This document shows positions 41,118 through 51,533 of a stretch of 64,000 nt of DNA, piece by piece; the first letter of the stretch is position 1, and each line of letters opens with the position of its first letter. Under the pieces are notes generated by a model, which was not told the origin of the DNA, did no database searches, and saw only the letters and a list, made by a program, of their open reading frames with translations. Both the position numbers and the translations under genes were made by a program. The DNA comes from an uncultured Mycoplasmatota bacterium (GTDB taxonomy: Bacteria > Bacillota_I > Bacilli_A > RF39 > UBA660): positions 3,392 through 67,391 of the forward strand of contig URQZ01000006.1 of the NCBI GenBank assembly GCA_900550255.1. The letters run 5' to 3'.

Positions 41118-42167
41118 ATGAAAAAAATATTAGTATTGCTTTGTTTATTAATACCTTTAAAAATTAGTGCTATATCAACAAGTGCTAGATCTGCTATTCT
41201 TATGGATATGGATAGTGGTAGAATTTTTTATGCAAAAAATATTAATAGTCAGCAAAGTGTAGCATCTATTTCAAAAATACTTACAGCTGTAGTTGCAATA
41301 GATAATGGCAATTTAAAAAATAAAGTAATTGTCGGTAATGAAATAAAAAAAGCTTACGGTTCTGGTATATATATAAAAGAAGGTGAAAAACTAACTTTAC
41401 AGGATTTACTTTACGGATTGATGTTAAGAAGTGGAAATGATGCAGCTTTAGCTATAGCCAATAATGTTAGTAAAAATACGGAATCATTTGTCAAAAAAAT
41501 GAATGAAAAAGCACAAGAATTAGATATGAAAAATTCTTTATTTAGGAATCCACATGGTTTAGATCAAGAAGATGGTGGAAATATTTCAACGGCATATGAT
41601 ATGGCAAAACTTACTAGTTATGCTATGAAAAATAAAAATTTTAAGAAAATTGTTGCAACGGAAAAATATACATTAAAAACAAATAAAAATACTTATGTTT
41701 GGCATAACAAAAATAAACTTTTATATCGCTATAAATATACAACAGGAGGTAAAACAGGTTTTACAAAAATTGCTCGAAGAACTTTAGTCACAACTGCGAG
41801 TAAAAATAATCTTAATTTAGTTGTTGTAACTTTAAATGATGGAAATGATTTTACAGATCATGAAAATTTATTTGAATATGCTTTTAATAATTATACAAAT
41901 TATAAAATTTTATCAAAAGGTTTTATAAAAATAAAAAAAGAAAATTATTACAAAAAACATAAGTTATATATTAAAAATGATTATAGTTATCCATTAAGTA
42001 TTGATGAAAAAGATAGTATTAGAATAAAATATCAATTAAAAAAGATTAGAAAATTAAAAAATAATTCAAAAGTTGGAACAGCCAAAATATATTTTGGAGA
42101 TAAATTAGTTCATGAGGAGAATATATATTTAAAATATTCTAGTAAAAAAAGTAAAGGTTGGTTTTAG
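41118..42167 (+). CDS. dacB: D-alanyl-D-alanine carboxypeptidase (S11; sporulation-type DacB)
   Basis: 'ASISKILTAV' (SxxK), 'LRSGNDAA' (SxN) and 'GGKTGFT' (KTG). Signal peptide. Followed by spmA-spmB as in Bacillus dacB-spmAB. Confidence 0.8.
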   Translation: MKKILVLLCLLIPLKISAISTSARSAILMDMDSGRIFYAKNINSQQSVASISKILTAVVAIDNGNLKNKVIVGNEIKKAYGSGIYIKEGEKLTLQDLLYGLMLRSGNDAALAIANNVSKNTESFVKKMNEKAQELDMKNSLFRNPHGLDQEDGGNISTAYDMAKLTSYAMKNKNFKKIVATEKYTLKTNKNTYVWHNKNKLLYRYKYTTGGKTGFTKIARRTLVTTASKNNLNLVVVTLNDGNDFTDHENLFEYAFNNYTNYKILSKGFIKIKKENYYKKHKLYIKNDYSYPLSIDEKDSIRIKYQLKKIRKLKNNSKVGTAKIYFGDKLVHEENIYLKYSSKKSKGWF

Positions 42168-42749
42168 ATGATAAATAAAATATGGGGTTTTTTCATCATA
42201 ATAGGAAGTGTTTTTTGCCTTTTAACAAACAAAGTAGATGTATTAAATAATGAAATATTAGAGTGTACTAAAAGTAGTTTAGATATGATTATAAAAATCT
42301 TTCCTGTTATGGCCTTATGGCTTGGAATAATGAATATAGCAAAAGTGTCAGGTTTATTAGGCAAATTTTCAAAATTGCTATATCCTATATTAAAAAAACT
42401 TTTTCCCGAAATACCAAAAGAACATGAGTCTTTAAGTTTAATTGCTTCAAATATTATTGCTAATATGTTTGGACTTGGTAATGCCGCAACTCCATTTGGT
42501 TTAAAAGCTATGAAATCTCTTCAAGAATTAAATGATAAGAAAGATACAGCATCTCGTAGTATGATTACTTTTTTGGTATTAAATACTAGTGGAGTTACTT
42601 TAGTTCCAACAGCTATTATATCGCTTAGAATGATGTATGGGAGTAAAAATCCAACAGAGGTTGTAACTATGTGTATTTTGGCCACCTTTATTTCTACCAT
42701 AGGAGGTCTTATTATGGATCGTTTTTTAGCTAGAAAGAGGTTAAAATGA
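42168..42749 (+). CDS. spmA: Spore maturation protein A (nucleoside-recognition/Gate domain)
   Basis: Membrane protein with 'NMFGLGNAATPFGLKAM'. Operon context dacB-spmA-spmB. Confidence 0.7.
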   Translation: MINKIWGFFIIIGSVFCLLTNKVDVLNNEILECTKSSLDMIIKIFPVMALWLGIMNIAKVSGLLGKFSKLLYPILKKLFPEIPKEHESLSLIASNIIANMFGLGNAATPFGLKAMKSLQELNDKKDTASRSMITFLVLNTSGVTLVPTAIISLRMMYGSKNPTEVVTMCILATFISTIGGLIMDRFLARKRLK

Positions 42750-43267
42750 TTAATACAATATCGAGTTTAATTATACCAGTATTAGTGCTATTTGTTATAA
42801 TTTATGGTTTAATAAAAAAAACTAATATATATGATGTTTTTGTTGATGGAGCAGGTGAATCATTTGATTTAGTTTTGACAATGTTTCCATGTCTACTTGG
42901 TATGATATTTGGAATAAATATATTTTTAAAAAGTGGTATTTTAGATTTTATTTTTAAAGCAATAGAACCTTTTTTTACTTATTTAAAAGTACCGATAGAA
43001 ATATTTCCAATGATAATAATGCGCCCAATATCAGGAAGTTCATCTTTGGCAATTTTAAACAATATTTTTGAAAATTTTGGGCCCGATAGTTTTGCTGGAA
43101 GACTTGCAAGTGTTATTCAAGGATCAACGGATACAACTTTTTATATTTTAACTTTATATTTTGGAAGTATTGGAATAAAAAAAATAAGATATGCTTTATG
43201 GGCAGGTTTATTTGCTGACTTATTAGGAATTTTGAGTGCTATTTTTTTAGTTAATATTATGTTTTAA
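42746..43267 (+). CDS. spmB: Spore maturation protein B
   Basis: 'IMRPISGSSSLAILNNIFE...GSTDTTFYILTLYFG'. Overlaps spmA by 4 nt. Confidence 0.7.
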   Translation: MINTISSLIIPVLVLFVIIYGLIKKTNIYDVFVDGAGESFDLVLTMFPCLLGMIFGINIFLKSGILDFIFKAIEPFFTYLKVPIEIFPMIIMRPISGSSSLAILNNIFENFGPDSFAGRLASVIQGSTDTTFYILTLYFGSIGIKKIRYALWAGLFADLLGILSAIFLVNIMF

Positions 43268-43318
43268 CATTGATAATTTTTTCAAAATTTGATATCCTAT
43301 TAATAGGAGGAATCGGAT

Positions 43319-43759
43319 ATGAAAAGATTTGGTTTTGCTATATTTTTATTAAGTATATTTTGTTTAACTGGATGTGGAACAAAAACATTAAATTGTTCAA
43401 TGGTTAATGATGCAAATGCAGAACTTAAAATTAACCAAGATGTAATTGTTGATTTTAAGAAGGATCAAATGGTTAAGTTTGATATGAAAACTTCAGTTGA
43501 TTTAAGTGATAATTATGCTAGTTATGCAGATGAGCTTGAAAAAAATTTAAAAAAAGAATATGAAAAATATGATAAAAAAGAAGGTTTAGAAGTTAAAACA
43601 ACTAAAACTAAAAAAAAGGTAACTTTAAGATTTTATGCTAATCTAGATAAAATGAGTGAAAAAGCAAAAAAAGAGTTTGATATTGTTGACTCTGGACAAA
43701 CAATGAGTGATGTAAAAAAGACACTAGAAGAACAAGGATATTCTTGTAAAGAAGCGTAA
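43319..43759 (+). CDS. Lipoprotein, function unknown
   Basis: 'MKRFGFAIFLLSIFCLTGCGTKT' lipobox. Confidence 0.6.
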   Translation: MKRFGFAIFLLSIFCLTGCGTKTLNCSMVNDANAELKINQDVIVDFKKDQMVKFDMKTSVDLSDNYASYADELEKNLKKEYEKYDKKEGLEVKTTKTKKKVTLRFYANLDKMSEKAKKEFDIVDSGQTMSDVKKTLEEQGYSCKEA

Positions 43760-43775
43760 GCTTCTTGTTTTTTTT
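43749..43775 (+). terminator. Rho-independent terminator
   Basis: AAGAAGC-gtaa-GCTTCTT plus TTTTTTTT. Confidence 0.7.
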
Positions 43776-43809
43776 ATTATATTAATGTATACTTTTGAAA
43801 GGTGATAGT

Positions 43810-44526
43810 GTGGAAAGAATTCAAAAAATAATTGCAAATAGTGGATATTGCTCAAGAAGGAAAGCCGAAGAGTTGATTAAAGCTGGTAAAGTAAAATTAA
43901 ATGGAGAAGTAATTAGAGAATTAGGTACAAAAGCAAATTATAGTGATCAAATAATGGTCGATAATCACTTAATAAGTGAAGAAAATAAAGTTTATTACTT
44001 GCTTAATAAACCACGCTCTATTATTACATCAGTTAGTGATGATAAAAAAAGAAAGACAGTTGTTGATTTAATAAATACAGATAAAAGAATTTATCCAGTT
44101 GGTAGACTTGATTATGATACAACGGGGATTTTAATTCTAACAAATGATGGAGAACTGGCTAACTTAATAATGCATCCTAAAAACAAAATTGATAAAGTTT
44201 ATATTGCTAAAGTAAAGGGTTTAGTTAATAAAGAAATAGCTATGAAACTTTCTAATGGCGTTTTTGTCGATGGAAAGAAAACATCTAAAGCTCATGTTAA
44301 AGTAAAAAAATATGATAAAAAAAGTCAAACATCTGTTGTAGAGTTAACTATTCATGAAGGACGAAATCATCAAGTAAAAAAAATGTTTGAAGCTGTGGGT
44401 TTTGAAGTATTAAAATTAAAACGTGAAAGAATTTCTTTTTTAGATGTTTCTAATTTAAAATCGGGAGAATATCGTAAATTAAGCATTAAAGAGGTAAAAA
44501 AATTATATAGTGAGGTAAAAAAATAG
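43810..44526 (+). CDS. rluB: 23S rRNA pseudouridine synthase (RluB/RsuA family, S4 domain plus PseudoU_synth_2)
   Basis: 'GRLDYDTTGILILTNDGELAN' (catalytic Asp) with an N-terminal S4 domain. GTG at 43810 follows AAAGGTGA. Confidence 0.75.
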   Translation: MERIQKIIANSGYCSRRKAEELIKAGKVKLNGEVIRELGTKANYSDQIMVDNHLISEENKVYYLLNKPRSIITSVSDDKKRKTVVDLINTDKRIYPVGRLDYDTTGILILTNDGELANLIMHPKNKIDKVYIAKVKGLVNKEIAMKLSNGVFVDGKKTSKAHVKVKKYDKKSQTSVVELTIHEGRNHQVKKMFEAVGFEVLKLKRERISFLDVSNLKSGEYRKLSIKEVKKLYSEVKK

Positions 44527-44550
44527 AACGGCTTTATTAGTCGTTCTTTT
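44525..44550. terminator. Hairpin between convergent rluB (+) and ferredoxin (-) that probably serves as a bidirectional terminator
   Basis: AGAACG-gctttattagt-CGTTCT, with a T-run on the + side and a weaker one on the - side. Confidence 0.45.
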
Positions 44551-44752
44551 CGATTTGAATAGCTGATGTAGGACATCCTTCAACAGCATCCATAACATCC
44601 TCTTTTAATTCACTATCCATATTATCAATAATATTGTTATCTTCTTTAGCCTCAGCTAAACCTTCGTCATTTATTTCAAAAACATCACTTGCAATGGCCA
44701 TACAAGCACCACATCCAATACAAGCTTCATCATTAACTCTAACTTTTTCCAT
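44537..44752 (-). CDS. 4Fe-4S ferredoxin (Bacillus Fd type)
   Basis: 'CIGCGACMAIASDVFEIND...EGCPTSAI'. Confidence 0.8.
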   Translation of the reverse strand: MEKVRVNDEACIGCGACMAIASDVFEINDEGLAEAKEDNNIIDNMDSELKEDVMDAVEGCPTSAIQIEKND

Positions 44753-44856
44753 ATATTTCCTCCTTAAAACATTATAAGAAAAAAAGAAACTAAATGCAAG
44801 TAAATAGTTTTAAAAACAAAAAAAATATGTTATCATTATAATAGCGAGGTGATAAC

Positions 44857-45669
44857 ATGGCAAGTAGAATGGAACGATATTACAAGCAAGGTAATACACG
44901 TTTAAAAAGAAGTGAACGTAATCAAGAATTATATCGTGACATTTATGATTCTGCCTCATATAGCAATATAGAGGGAATTGCAACTATTGAAAAAAGTAAT
45001 GAAATCGATATCACCAAAGTAAAAAAAATGCTTAAAAATAGGGAAGAGTATAAAAGACAAAAGGAAGTAAGTCGTTTAATAAAAAAAGAACCAGAAGTTA
45101 AAGTAAAACCGGTTCAAACCCTATCTTTAGATAATGATAAAAACTATGATATTAGAGATATATTAGATAAAGCCAAGGTTAATAAAAAAAGCGATGATAA
45201 ATATCATAGTATAGATAATACTAGTTATGATATTTTAAAGAAATTAAAAGAAAAAAAAGAATTATTTAAAGATGAACCTGATGAAGATGAATTACGTGAA
45301 TTAATTGATACTATTACGGGTAATACAGCTATAAATCAATTAAATGATAAAGAACTAAGTCTGGATTTATTAGATGATTTAAAATCAAATAATGATGATA
45401 CAGTAATAAAAGATAACTCTGCTGTAAAAAATATTTTAGAAGAAGCCAAAAAAGAAGAAATGCGCAAAAAAGAAGATACTACTACATCTGAATTGGATAA
45501 ATCATTTTTTACTTCAAGTCTAAATTTTGGCGAAGATGACTTTGAAAAAATTGCTAGTTTAACTAGCAATCTAAAGAAAAATAATGTTCTTTTAAAATTA
45601 TTAGTATTAGTTGTACTAATTGCAGTAACTGCCGGAATAATTTTTTTAGTTTATAATTTTATTAAGTAA
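44857..45669 (+). CDS. Acidic K/E/D-rich protein with a C-terminal TM anchor, function unknown
   Basis: ORF with RBS GAGGTGA. C-terminal 'VLLKLLVLVVLIAVTAGIIFLVY'. Confidence 0.45.
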   Translation: MASRMERYYKQGNTRLKRSERNQELYRDIYDSASYSNIEGIATIEKSNEIDITKVKKMLKNREEYKRQKEVSRLIKKEPEVKVKPVQTLSLDNDKNYDIRDILDKAKVNKKSDDKYHSIDNTSYDILKKLKEKKELFKDEPDEDELRELIDTITGNTAINQLNDKELSLDLLDDLKSNNDDTVIKDNSAVKNILEEAKKEEMRKKEDTTTSELDKSFFTSSLNFGEDDFEKIASLTSNLKKNNVLLKLLVLVVLIAVTAGIIFLVYNFIK

Positions 45670-45691
45670 GACAATTTATTTGTCTTTTTTT
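45668..45691 (+). terminator. Rho-independent terminator
   Basis: AAGACAA-tttat-TTGTCTT plus TTTTTTT. Confidence 0.65.
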
Positions 45692-46782
45692 CGTAATGAG
45701 AAAATGAAAGTCAAGAGAGAAATTCCAAAGATAAAAATATAAATATACATAATATATGTTGTTTTCATAAAATGATTAACAACAGTATTATTTGGGGATT
45801 TCATTATAGAAAAGCAAATTAATAATATAAAAAATAAGTATATTATTTTATCAAATTTATTTGAATTTTTAATATTGAATAAATGTGAAATACCCATTTT
45901 TATAAAATAACAACTAAAAACAACTAACATAAACGTACTTAAAATCCAGTATGCTGATAATGTACTTTCAACTCTTTCAATAAAACCTCCAATTGTGACC
46001 CTTCTTAAAATTTGAAATTCCGGATATTGGTATAGGGAAGTTAATTCAATTCCTAAGACATTTAAAGTTAAAAAAAGAATTATTTCTATACATATGAAAA
46101 TTAAAAAATAATAAATTATCATATATTTAGTAAAATTTTTTTTATTTGTATATGCGTTTTTAGGAATACATGTTACATAAAAAAGGGGAAGAACTATGTA
46201 AGCTACATATGACATAGAAGCTTTTAGTGGCGGACCAATTCCATTGAGTAAGAAAGGAAAAATATTAGAAATTTTAATCTGTGCTATGATTGCTAAACTA
46301 GCAATTATAAAGAAAATAAAGCTAATAAAGAAAATAATAATTCCACTTTTTAAGATAACTTGTATTTTTTTTGTTAACATATAAATAATAGGAATTAAAA
46401 ACATAATGGTAACAAAAAGAGGCGGGGTATTATATAAAAAGTGTGCACTGATAAAATTAGTTAAATTCCAAAAGAAGATTAGCATATAACTCGTTACAAA
46501 AATAATTAAAAGTAGGTTTAAAAATTTTCCAAGTGCTTTTCCAAATAGTTTTTCAATGATTTGAAAAATATTTAAATTTGGATATTTATTCATTATAAAT
46601 ATGAATATTAAATAAGGTAGAAAACCAATAATACATCCTATAATAGGTGCTAACCAAGCGTCTTCTTTAGCTATATTTATATATGTTCTAAAATTCATAC
46701 CACAAAGCGATCCTGTGGCTATGAAATAAAGTATAACTCCAATTTGTGATAAGTTTAATTTATTTTCTAATTTTTCTTCCAT
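45676..46782 (-). CDS. Spore germination protein, GerAB/GerKB-type amino-acid-permease-like subunit
   Basis: 10-TM APC-like protein 'LSQIGVILYFIATGSLCGMNF'. Last gene of a minus-strand A-C-B receptor operon. Confidence 0.75.
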   Translation of the reverse strand: MEEKLENKLNLSQIGVILYFIATGSLCGMNFRTYINIAKEDAWLAPIIGCIIGFLPYLIFIFIMNKYPNLNIFQIIEKLFGKALGKFLNLLLIIFVTSYMLIFFWNLTNFISAHFLYNTPPLFVTIMFLIPIIYMLTKKIQVILKSGIIIFFISFIFFIIASLAIIAQIKISNIFPFLLNGIGPPLKASMSYVAYIVLPLFYVTCIPKNAYTNKKNFTKYMIIYYFLIFICIEIILFLTLNVLGIELTSLYQYPEFQILRRVTIGGFIERVESTLSAYWILSTFMLVVFSCYFIKMGISHLFNIKNSNKFDKIIYLFFILLICFSIMKSPNNTVVNHFMKTTYIMYIYIFIFGISLLTFIFSLRKKDK

Positions 46783-46784
46783 AT

Positions 46785-47960
46785 TTATTCTCCTTTTATT
46801 GAATTTTCAACTGATCCCTTAGATAATAGACTGATATCAACATCAACATTTACCTTAATCTTAGGAAATACCTTATCATTCCAATTTTTTTGATTTTCGT
46901 TAAAATATTTAGGATATTTTTTATAGAACAAATTTCCAAATCCAAAGATATCTGATTTATATTTCTTTTGAATAGTACTAATAGCTTCCTCAACTTGTTT
47001 TTTTACTTTTTTTTCTGTTTTCTTTTCTATTTTAGTGATTACTTTTCCATTTTCTATATCTTTATTACAAGTTATTTCTCTAATAGCACCATCTGCTGTA
47101 ATTTTTATATTAATTATTGGTTTATTATTTTTTAGAGAACTTTTCATTGTCGCTTTCATTTGCGTTAAATCGGTCACGATATTTCCACTACCACATTTAT
47201 ATGATAGGATCATGTTGTCAACTTGATTTGATAGAATATTTATCCCTCTACTTTCATTTTTACTTATATATCCTAATAATTTATCTTTTTTAAAGATTCC
47301 AAGTTTATCTAATTTTGTTTTAGCTTTAGGTGATGATGTTTCTAATATTTTATTTTTTTCGCCTTCTTTTTCTTTTCCTATTATAGTAATTGTTGGAAGT
47401 ACTGGCTCTTTGCCTTTCTTTAGATAGTTTTCTATAAATTTACTGTATGTTATAGAAGTAGAAATAGCTTGTGATTCGTTTGAAATACTTATATTACTTG
47501 CTATACTTTGTCCTGGAAAAGATTCTAGTGGTGATAGTGTTTTAATAACATCTTTAGCTTTATCGTCTTTTGACAAAATAATATAAAATCTTTTTACTGA
47601 TTCAGGATTTCTGACAAAAAAATCAAGTGTATTTTTAAGACCATCTTTAGCTACTTTATCAGAGATAACAACAACTCCTAAATGGCCAATATAGATTTGT
47701 TTTGGAATTAAAAGTTCAATTTGTCTTAAGGCTCGTGAAATAGTAGGTCCCTTACCAGAATAAACAACATTTTGACTTTGTCCTTCTTTAGGACTTGTTT
47801 GAGCATTTTTTCCATTTGCTATTAAAATACTTACTTCATATCCATTATCATCTTTATCAACGGCAATAGCTGTTGCAATTGCGAGTTTGTTTAATTCTCT
47901 ATAGTTCCAGCACCCAGTTGTTAGAAAAAAAAGAGGGATTAAAAGTAATATTTTTTTCAT
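46785..47960 (-). CDS. Spore germination lipoprotein, Ger(x)C subunit
   Basis: 'FFLTTGCWNYRELNKLAIATAIAVDKDD' is the Ger(x)C lipobox and N-terminus. Confidence 0.8.
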   Translation of the reverse strand: MKKILLLIPLFFLTTGCWNYRELNKLAIATAIAVDKDDNGYEVSILIANGKNAQTSPKEGQSQNVVYSGKGPTISRALRQIELLIPKQIYIGHLGVVVISDKVAKDGLKNTLDFFVRNPESVKRFYIILSKDDKAKDVIKTLSPLESFPGQSIASNISISNESQAISTSITYSKFIENYLKKGKEPVLPTITIIGKEKEGEKNKILETSSPKAKTKLDKLGIFKKDKLLGYISKNESRGINILSNQVDNMILSYKCGSGNIVTDLTQMKATMKSSLKNNKPIINIKITADGAIREITCNKDIENGKVITKIEKKTEKKVKKQVEEAISTIQKKYKSDIFGFGNLFYKKYPKYFNENQKNWNDKVFPKIKVNVDVDISLLSKGSVENSIKGE

Positions 47961-49423
47961 TAATTATCAGCCTTTCTTTTTTTATTTTTAATATTTAAAA
48001 ACAGTGGCCTATTTTTAATTTTATTATTTGATTTTCTAATAATAGCGTAGTTTTGACTTTTAATATCAAAAGGAGAAATTGGAGATAAGTAGGAAACTCC
48101 TTGCATTTCTAGACTACATAGTTTGGTAATAAATATTAATCCAGCAATTATAAATCCAACTAATCCACAAAATAGTGAGAAGAAGATAAAGATGAATCGC
48201 CATAATCTTGTAGCGTTTACAAAATCTATATCAGTATATAAAAGACCACATATTGCAGTAATGGCAACAATTATAACAACAATTGGTGATATAATACCGG
48301 CTGCAACAGCAGCATCACCAAGTACTAATGCTCCAACAATACTTATGGCAGATCCCATCGAAGTAGGTATTCTTATATCGCTTTCTCTTAAAATTTCGAA
48401 GGTTGTAATTAACATGATTACTTCAAAGGCTGTAGGGAAGGGAACTCCTTCTCTTTGAATAGAGAGAGATATTAAGAGTTCATTTGGAATCACTTGTTGG
48501 TCAAAAGTAGTTATTGCAATATAGAAACTTGGTGTTATGATTGTTAAAATAAAGGCTATAATTCTTAAGATTCTTGTAAAGTTTGAATTTATTTCTCTTT
48601 GGTAATCATCTTCTGGAGATTGTAAATAATCAACAAATAGTGCTGGTGTTATTAAAACAAATGGAGAATTTTCAATTAGTATAATTATTCTTCCTTCTAA
48701 CAAGTATTTACTTGCTAAATCTGGTCTTTCTGTACTTTTAAGTTTAGGAAAGGCTGATTTTTGTTTTTCATTTATATATTCTCTTATAGTTCCACTATCT
48801 AAAATACCATCAATATCTATTGTTTGTAATTTCTTTTTTATTTTATCGACGTTTTTTTTGTCTACTATATCATTTATAAAGGCAATTGTTACTTTTGTTT
48901 TTGTTCTTCGACCTACAGTAGTTTCATCAAACCATAAGTTATAATCTTTGATTCTTTTTCTTATTAAACCCAGGTTAGTGGAATTGTTTTCAGTAAAGCT
49001 ATCTTTTGGTCCTCTTACAACTGATTCACTCGTTGATTCGGTTACACCACGATCTAGGGTATTTTTGGTTTCAACGACAATGGCTTTATTTTCTTTTTCT
49101 ACAAAAATAACAGTGTATCCGCTAGATAGGTGAAAACAGACATCATCATATGTTGTAACTATTTTTAAATGACTATTATAAATAGTGTTTTTTAATGATT
49201 TAAATAGGTTTTCAAAGAAAGAATGGCCATCTCTTTTTACATATTCTCCTAAATCTTTCATTAAAAAATCACTTATTTTATCATCACTACTTACACTTTC
49301 TAAATAGATATATAATATTTCTTTTTTATTTATTTTTATTTTTCTTGAAACAAGATCACTACTGTTTCCATATTTGTTTTGAATTGTTTCAAGTATTTTA
49401 TCTATATTTTTATCTAAATTCAT
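47960..49423 (-). CDS. Spore germination protein, GerAA/GerKA-type subunit
   Basis: GerA-family core 'PFPTAFEVIMLITTFEILRESDIRIPTSMGSAISIVGALVLGDAAV'. Confidence 0.8.
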   Translation of the reverse strand: MNLDKNIDKILETIQNKYGNSSDLVSRKIKINKKEILYIYLESVSSDDKISDFLMKDLGEYVKRDGHSFFENLFKSLKNTIYNSHLKIVTTYDDVCFHLSSGYTVIFVEKENKAIVVETKNTLDRGVTESTSESVVRGPKDSFTENNSTNLGLIRKRIKDYNLWFDETTVGRRTKTKVTIAFINDIVDKKNVDKIKKKLQTIDIDGILDSGTIREYINEKQKSAFPKLKSTERPDLASKYLLEGRIIILIENSPFVLITPALFVDYLQSPEDDYQREINSNFTRILRIIAFILTIITPSFYIAITTFDQQVIPNELLISLSIQREGVPFPTAFEVIMLITTFEILRESDIRIPTSMGSAISIVGALVLGDAAVAAGIISPIVVIIVAITAICGLLYTDIDFVNATRLWRFIFIFFSLFCGLVGFIIAGLIFITKLCSLEMQGVSYLSPISPFDIKSQNYAIIRKSNNKIKNRPLFLNIKNKKRKADN

Positions 49424-49532
49424 AAATATCCCTCTATTTCTATATTATTATTACCAAAAAAAGGAATTTTATTATAAAAAATGTATTTGAATTTTCTGTT
49501 TTTTTCTTTTATAATTAGAGTGGTGATGAAGT

Positions 49533-50756
49533 ATGAAATATGAAGTTTTAATTAGTTCAATTGATCATAGTGGAAGAGGAATTTCTAGAATTGATAATAA
49601 AATTGTTTTTGTTCCTAAGACTTTGATAGGTGATAGATGTATTGTTAAAATTACAAAAACGAAAAAAAATTATTTTGAAGCGGAATTAGTTGAACTATTA
49701 GAAAAAGGTCCAAAAAGAATAAAGGCTGTTTGTCCTTATTTTGATATTTGTGGTGGCTGTGATTTACTTCATATGTCATATAAAGATCAATTACGTTATA
49801 AGGAAGAAAAGGTTAAAAATATTATTTCAAGGTATACAAGTTTGGATAAAAAGATTGTAAAGAAGATAATACCTTGTGATTCTAAGTATTTTTATCGTAA
49901 TAAGGTTAATTTTAAAGTTAGAAAAAAAGTTGGTTTTTATCAAAAGAAAAGTTATGATATAGTTGAGGTTAAGAGATGTCTAATTGCTGATAGTAATATA
50001 AATGATATTTTAAACTTAATAAGAAATAATATAAATCTTGATTTTGTCAAAGAGATAACTATTAGGTCTAGTTTAAAGAATGATGACGATATGGTTATCT
50101 TTCACACAACTAAAAAAATTAATGTTGATGCTTTAAAAGGTATTGTTAGTTCAATTGTTTTTTATGATGGTAAAAAATATGAAGTTGAATATGGCAAACC
50201 TTATATAAGTGATAAAATTGGTAAGTATGAATTTATAATTTCGCCCGATTCTTTTTTTCAAGTTAATACAAGACAGGTTGAAAATTTATATGATCAAGTT
50301 TTAGAGTATGCTGATTTAAAAAAGACGGATACGGTTTTAGATTTATATTCAGGTACGGGGACAATTGGAATTTATTTAAGTAGTAAAGTTTCAAAGGTTA
50401 TAAGTATTGAGATTAATAAGGATGCTAATAAAGATGCCATTAAAAATAAAAGGTTAAATAATGTTGATAATATTGAATTTATGTGTGGGGATGCATCTGT
50501 TTTAATCGATCAAGTAAAAGATAAAATAGATGTTTTAATTGTTGATCCTCCACGTTCAGGTCTTAATGATGAATGTATAAATAACATAATTAAAACTAAG
50601 GCTGATAGAGTTGTTTATGTTTCCTGTGATCCAATAACTCTAGCACGCGATTTGGAAAAATTAAAAAGTAAATATGATACTTTAGAGATAACACCAGTTG
50701 ATATGTTTTGTAATACTTATCATGTTGAGTGTGTATGCGTGTTAAATAGGCGATAA
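49533..50756 (+). CDS. rlmD: 23S rRNA (uracil-5-)-methyltransferase RlmD/RumA (TRAM plus Fe-S plus SAM MTase)
   Basis: 'CPYFDICGGCDL', SAM motif 'LDLYSGTGTIG' and 'DPPRSGL'. Confidence 0.85.
   Translation: MKYEVLISSIDHSGRGISRIDNKIVFVPKTLIGDRCIVKITKTKKNYFEAELVELLEKGPKRIKAVCPYFDICGGCDLLHMSYKDQLRYKEEKVKNIISRYTSLDKKIVKKIIPCDSKYFYRNKVNFKVRKKVGFYQKKSYDIVEVKRCLIADSNINDILNLIRNNINLDFVKEITIRSSLKNDDDMVIFHTTKKINVDALKGIVSSIVFYDGKKYEVEYGKPYISDKIGKYEFIISPDSFFQVNTRQVENLYDQVLEYADLKKTDTVLDLYSGTGTIGIYLSSKVSKVISIEINKDANKDAIKNKRLNNVDNIEFMCGDASVLIDQVKDKIDVLIVDPPRSGLNDECINNIIKTKADRVVYVSCDPITLARDLEKLKSKYDTLEITPVDMFCNTYHVECVCVLNRR
50718..50734 (+). repeat. Direct repeat copy 1 (TATCATGTTGAGTGTGT) inside the rlmD 3' end
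   Basis: The identical 17-mer recurs at 52821..52837. Confidence 0.6.
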
Positions 50757-50969
50757 ACCCTTATAAATAAAGAGAAAACTAACTATTCAGTAGGGGTCAA
50801 AAAATGGTGAAAAAACGATAAAAAATTGATATTTTTATTGATTTTTGAAAAAAATATTGTTGAGGTTGTTTGTGGAGAATATGTTTCCTCATACTATATA
50901 AGATTGTATGTGTTGTAGAGTTAATAATAAATATAAATTATGAAAGCATGTTTTGAAAGAAGGAAAAAT

Positions 50970-51533
50970 ATGAAAAATATAATGATACTTGGAACTTGTA
51001 GAACAGGTAAAACTACATTTTCTAAATTATTACAAAAAGAACTAGAAAATTATCAAATTATAGAAGTTGATGCTATTATTTCGGCATTACAAAGCACTTT
51101 TGATGATATTCAGATTGGTTTTACTCATGATTATTTGAAATATAATAAATTATCTCAATTTATCAATATATTACTTCAAAAAAATAAAAGTAGATTAGGA
51201 AATGAATATAGTTATATAATTAATTCAGATTCAATAATGCCAGTGGATTTAATTAATTATTTTGATTTATCAAATACTATAGTTTATTATTTTGTGAATT
51301 CTAGTTTGACCGTTGAGGAAATATTTAATAATTGTAGATATTATGATGATGAAAATCAATGGACTTCAAAAAGAACAAATGAAAATTTATTAAATCATAT
51401 AAAAAAAGCAAAAGAATTTGAAAATCAAATAATAGAACAATGTAAAAAATATAATATGAAATATATTGATACATCTTATAACAGAGAAAGTATTTTTAAT
51501 GAATTGCTAAATGAAATAAAGGAGAATATATGA
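50970..51533 (+). CDS. P-loop kinase-like protein (small AAA/nucleoside-or-small-molecule kinase fold)
   Basis: Walker A 'ILGTCRTGKTTFSKLL'. ATG at 50970 follows AAGGAAAAAT. Confidence 0.55.
   Translation: MKNIMILGTCRTGKTTFSKLLQKELENYQIIEVDAIISALQSTFDDIQIGFTHDYLKYNKLSQFINILLQKNKSRLGNEYSYIINSDSIMPVDLINYFDLSNTIVYYFVNSSLTVEEIFNNCRYYDDENQWTSKRTNENLLNHIKKAKEFENQIIEQCKKYNMKYIDTSYNRESIFNELLNEIKENI

Noticed and set aside
45668-45691. Hairpin after gene 44857 as a bidirectional terminator also serving gerKB
   Set aside because: A T-run exists only on the plus-strand side. On the minus strand there is no U-tract after the hairpin, so it is called as a plus-strand terminator only.
50940-50969. ATG at 50940 as the start of the first P-loop kinase (MKACFERRKN...)
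   Set aside because: It has no RBS. The ATG at 50970 follows AAGGAAAAAT and gives an N-terminus (MKNIMILG) co-linear with its paralogue (MKNIIIIG).
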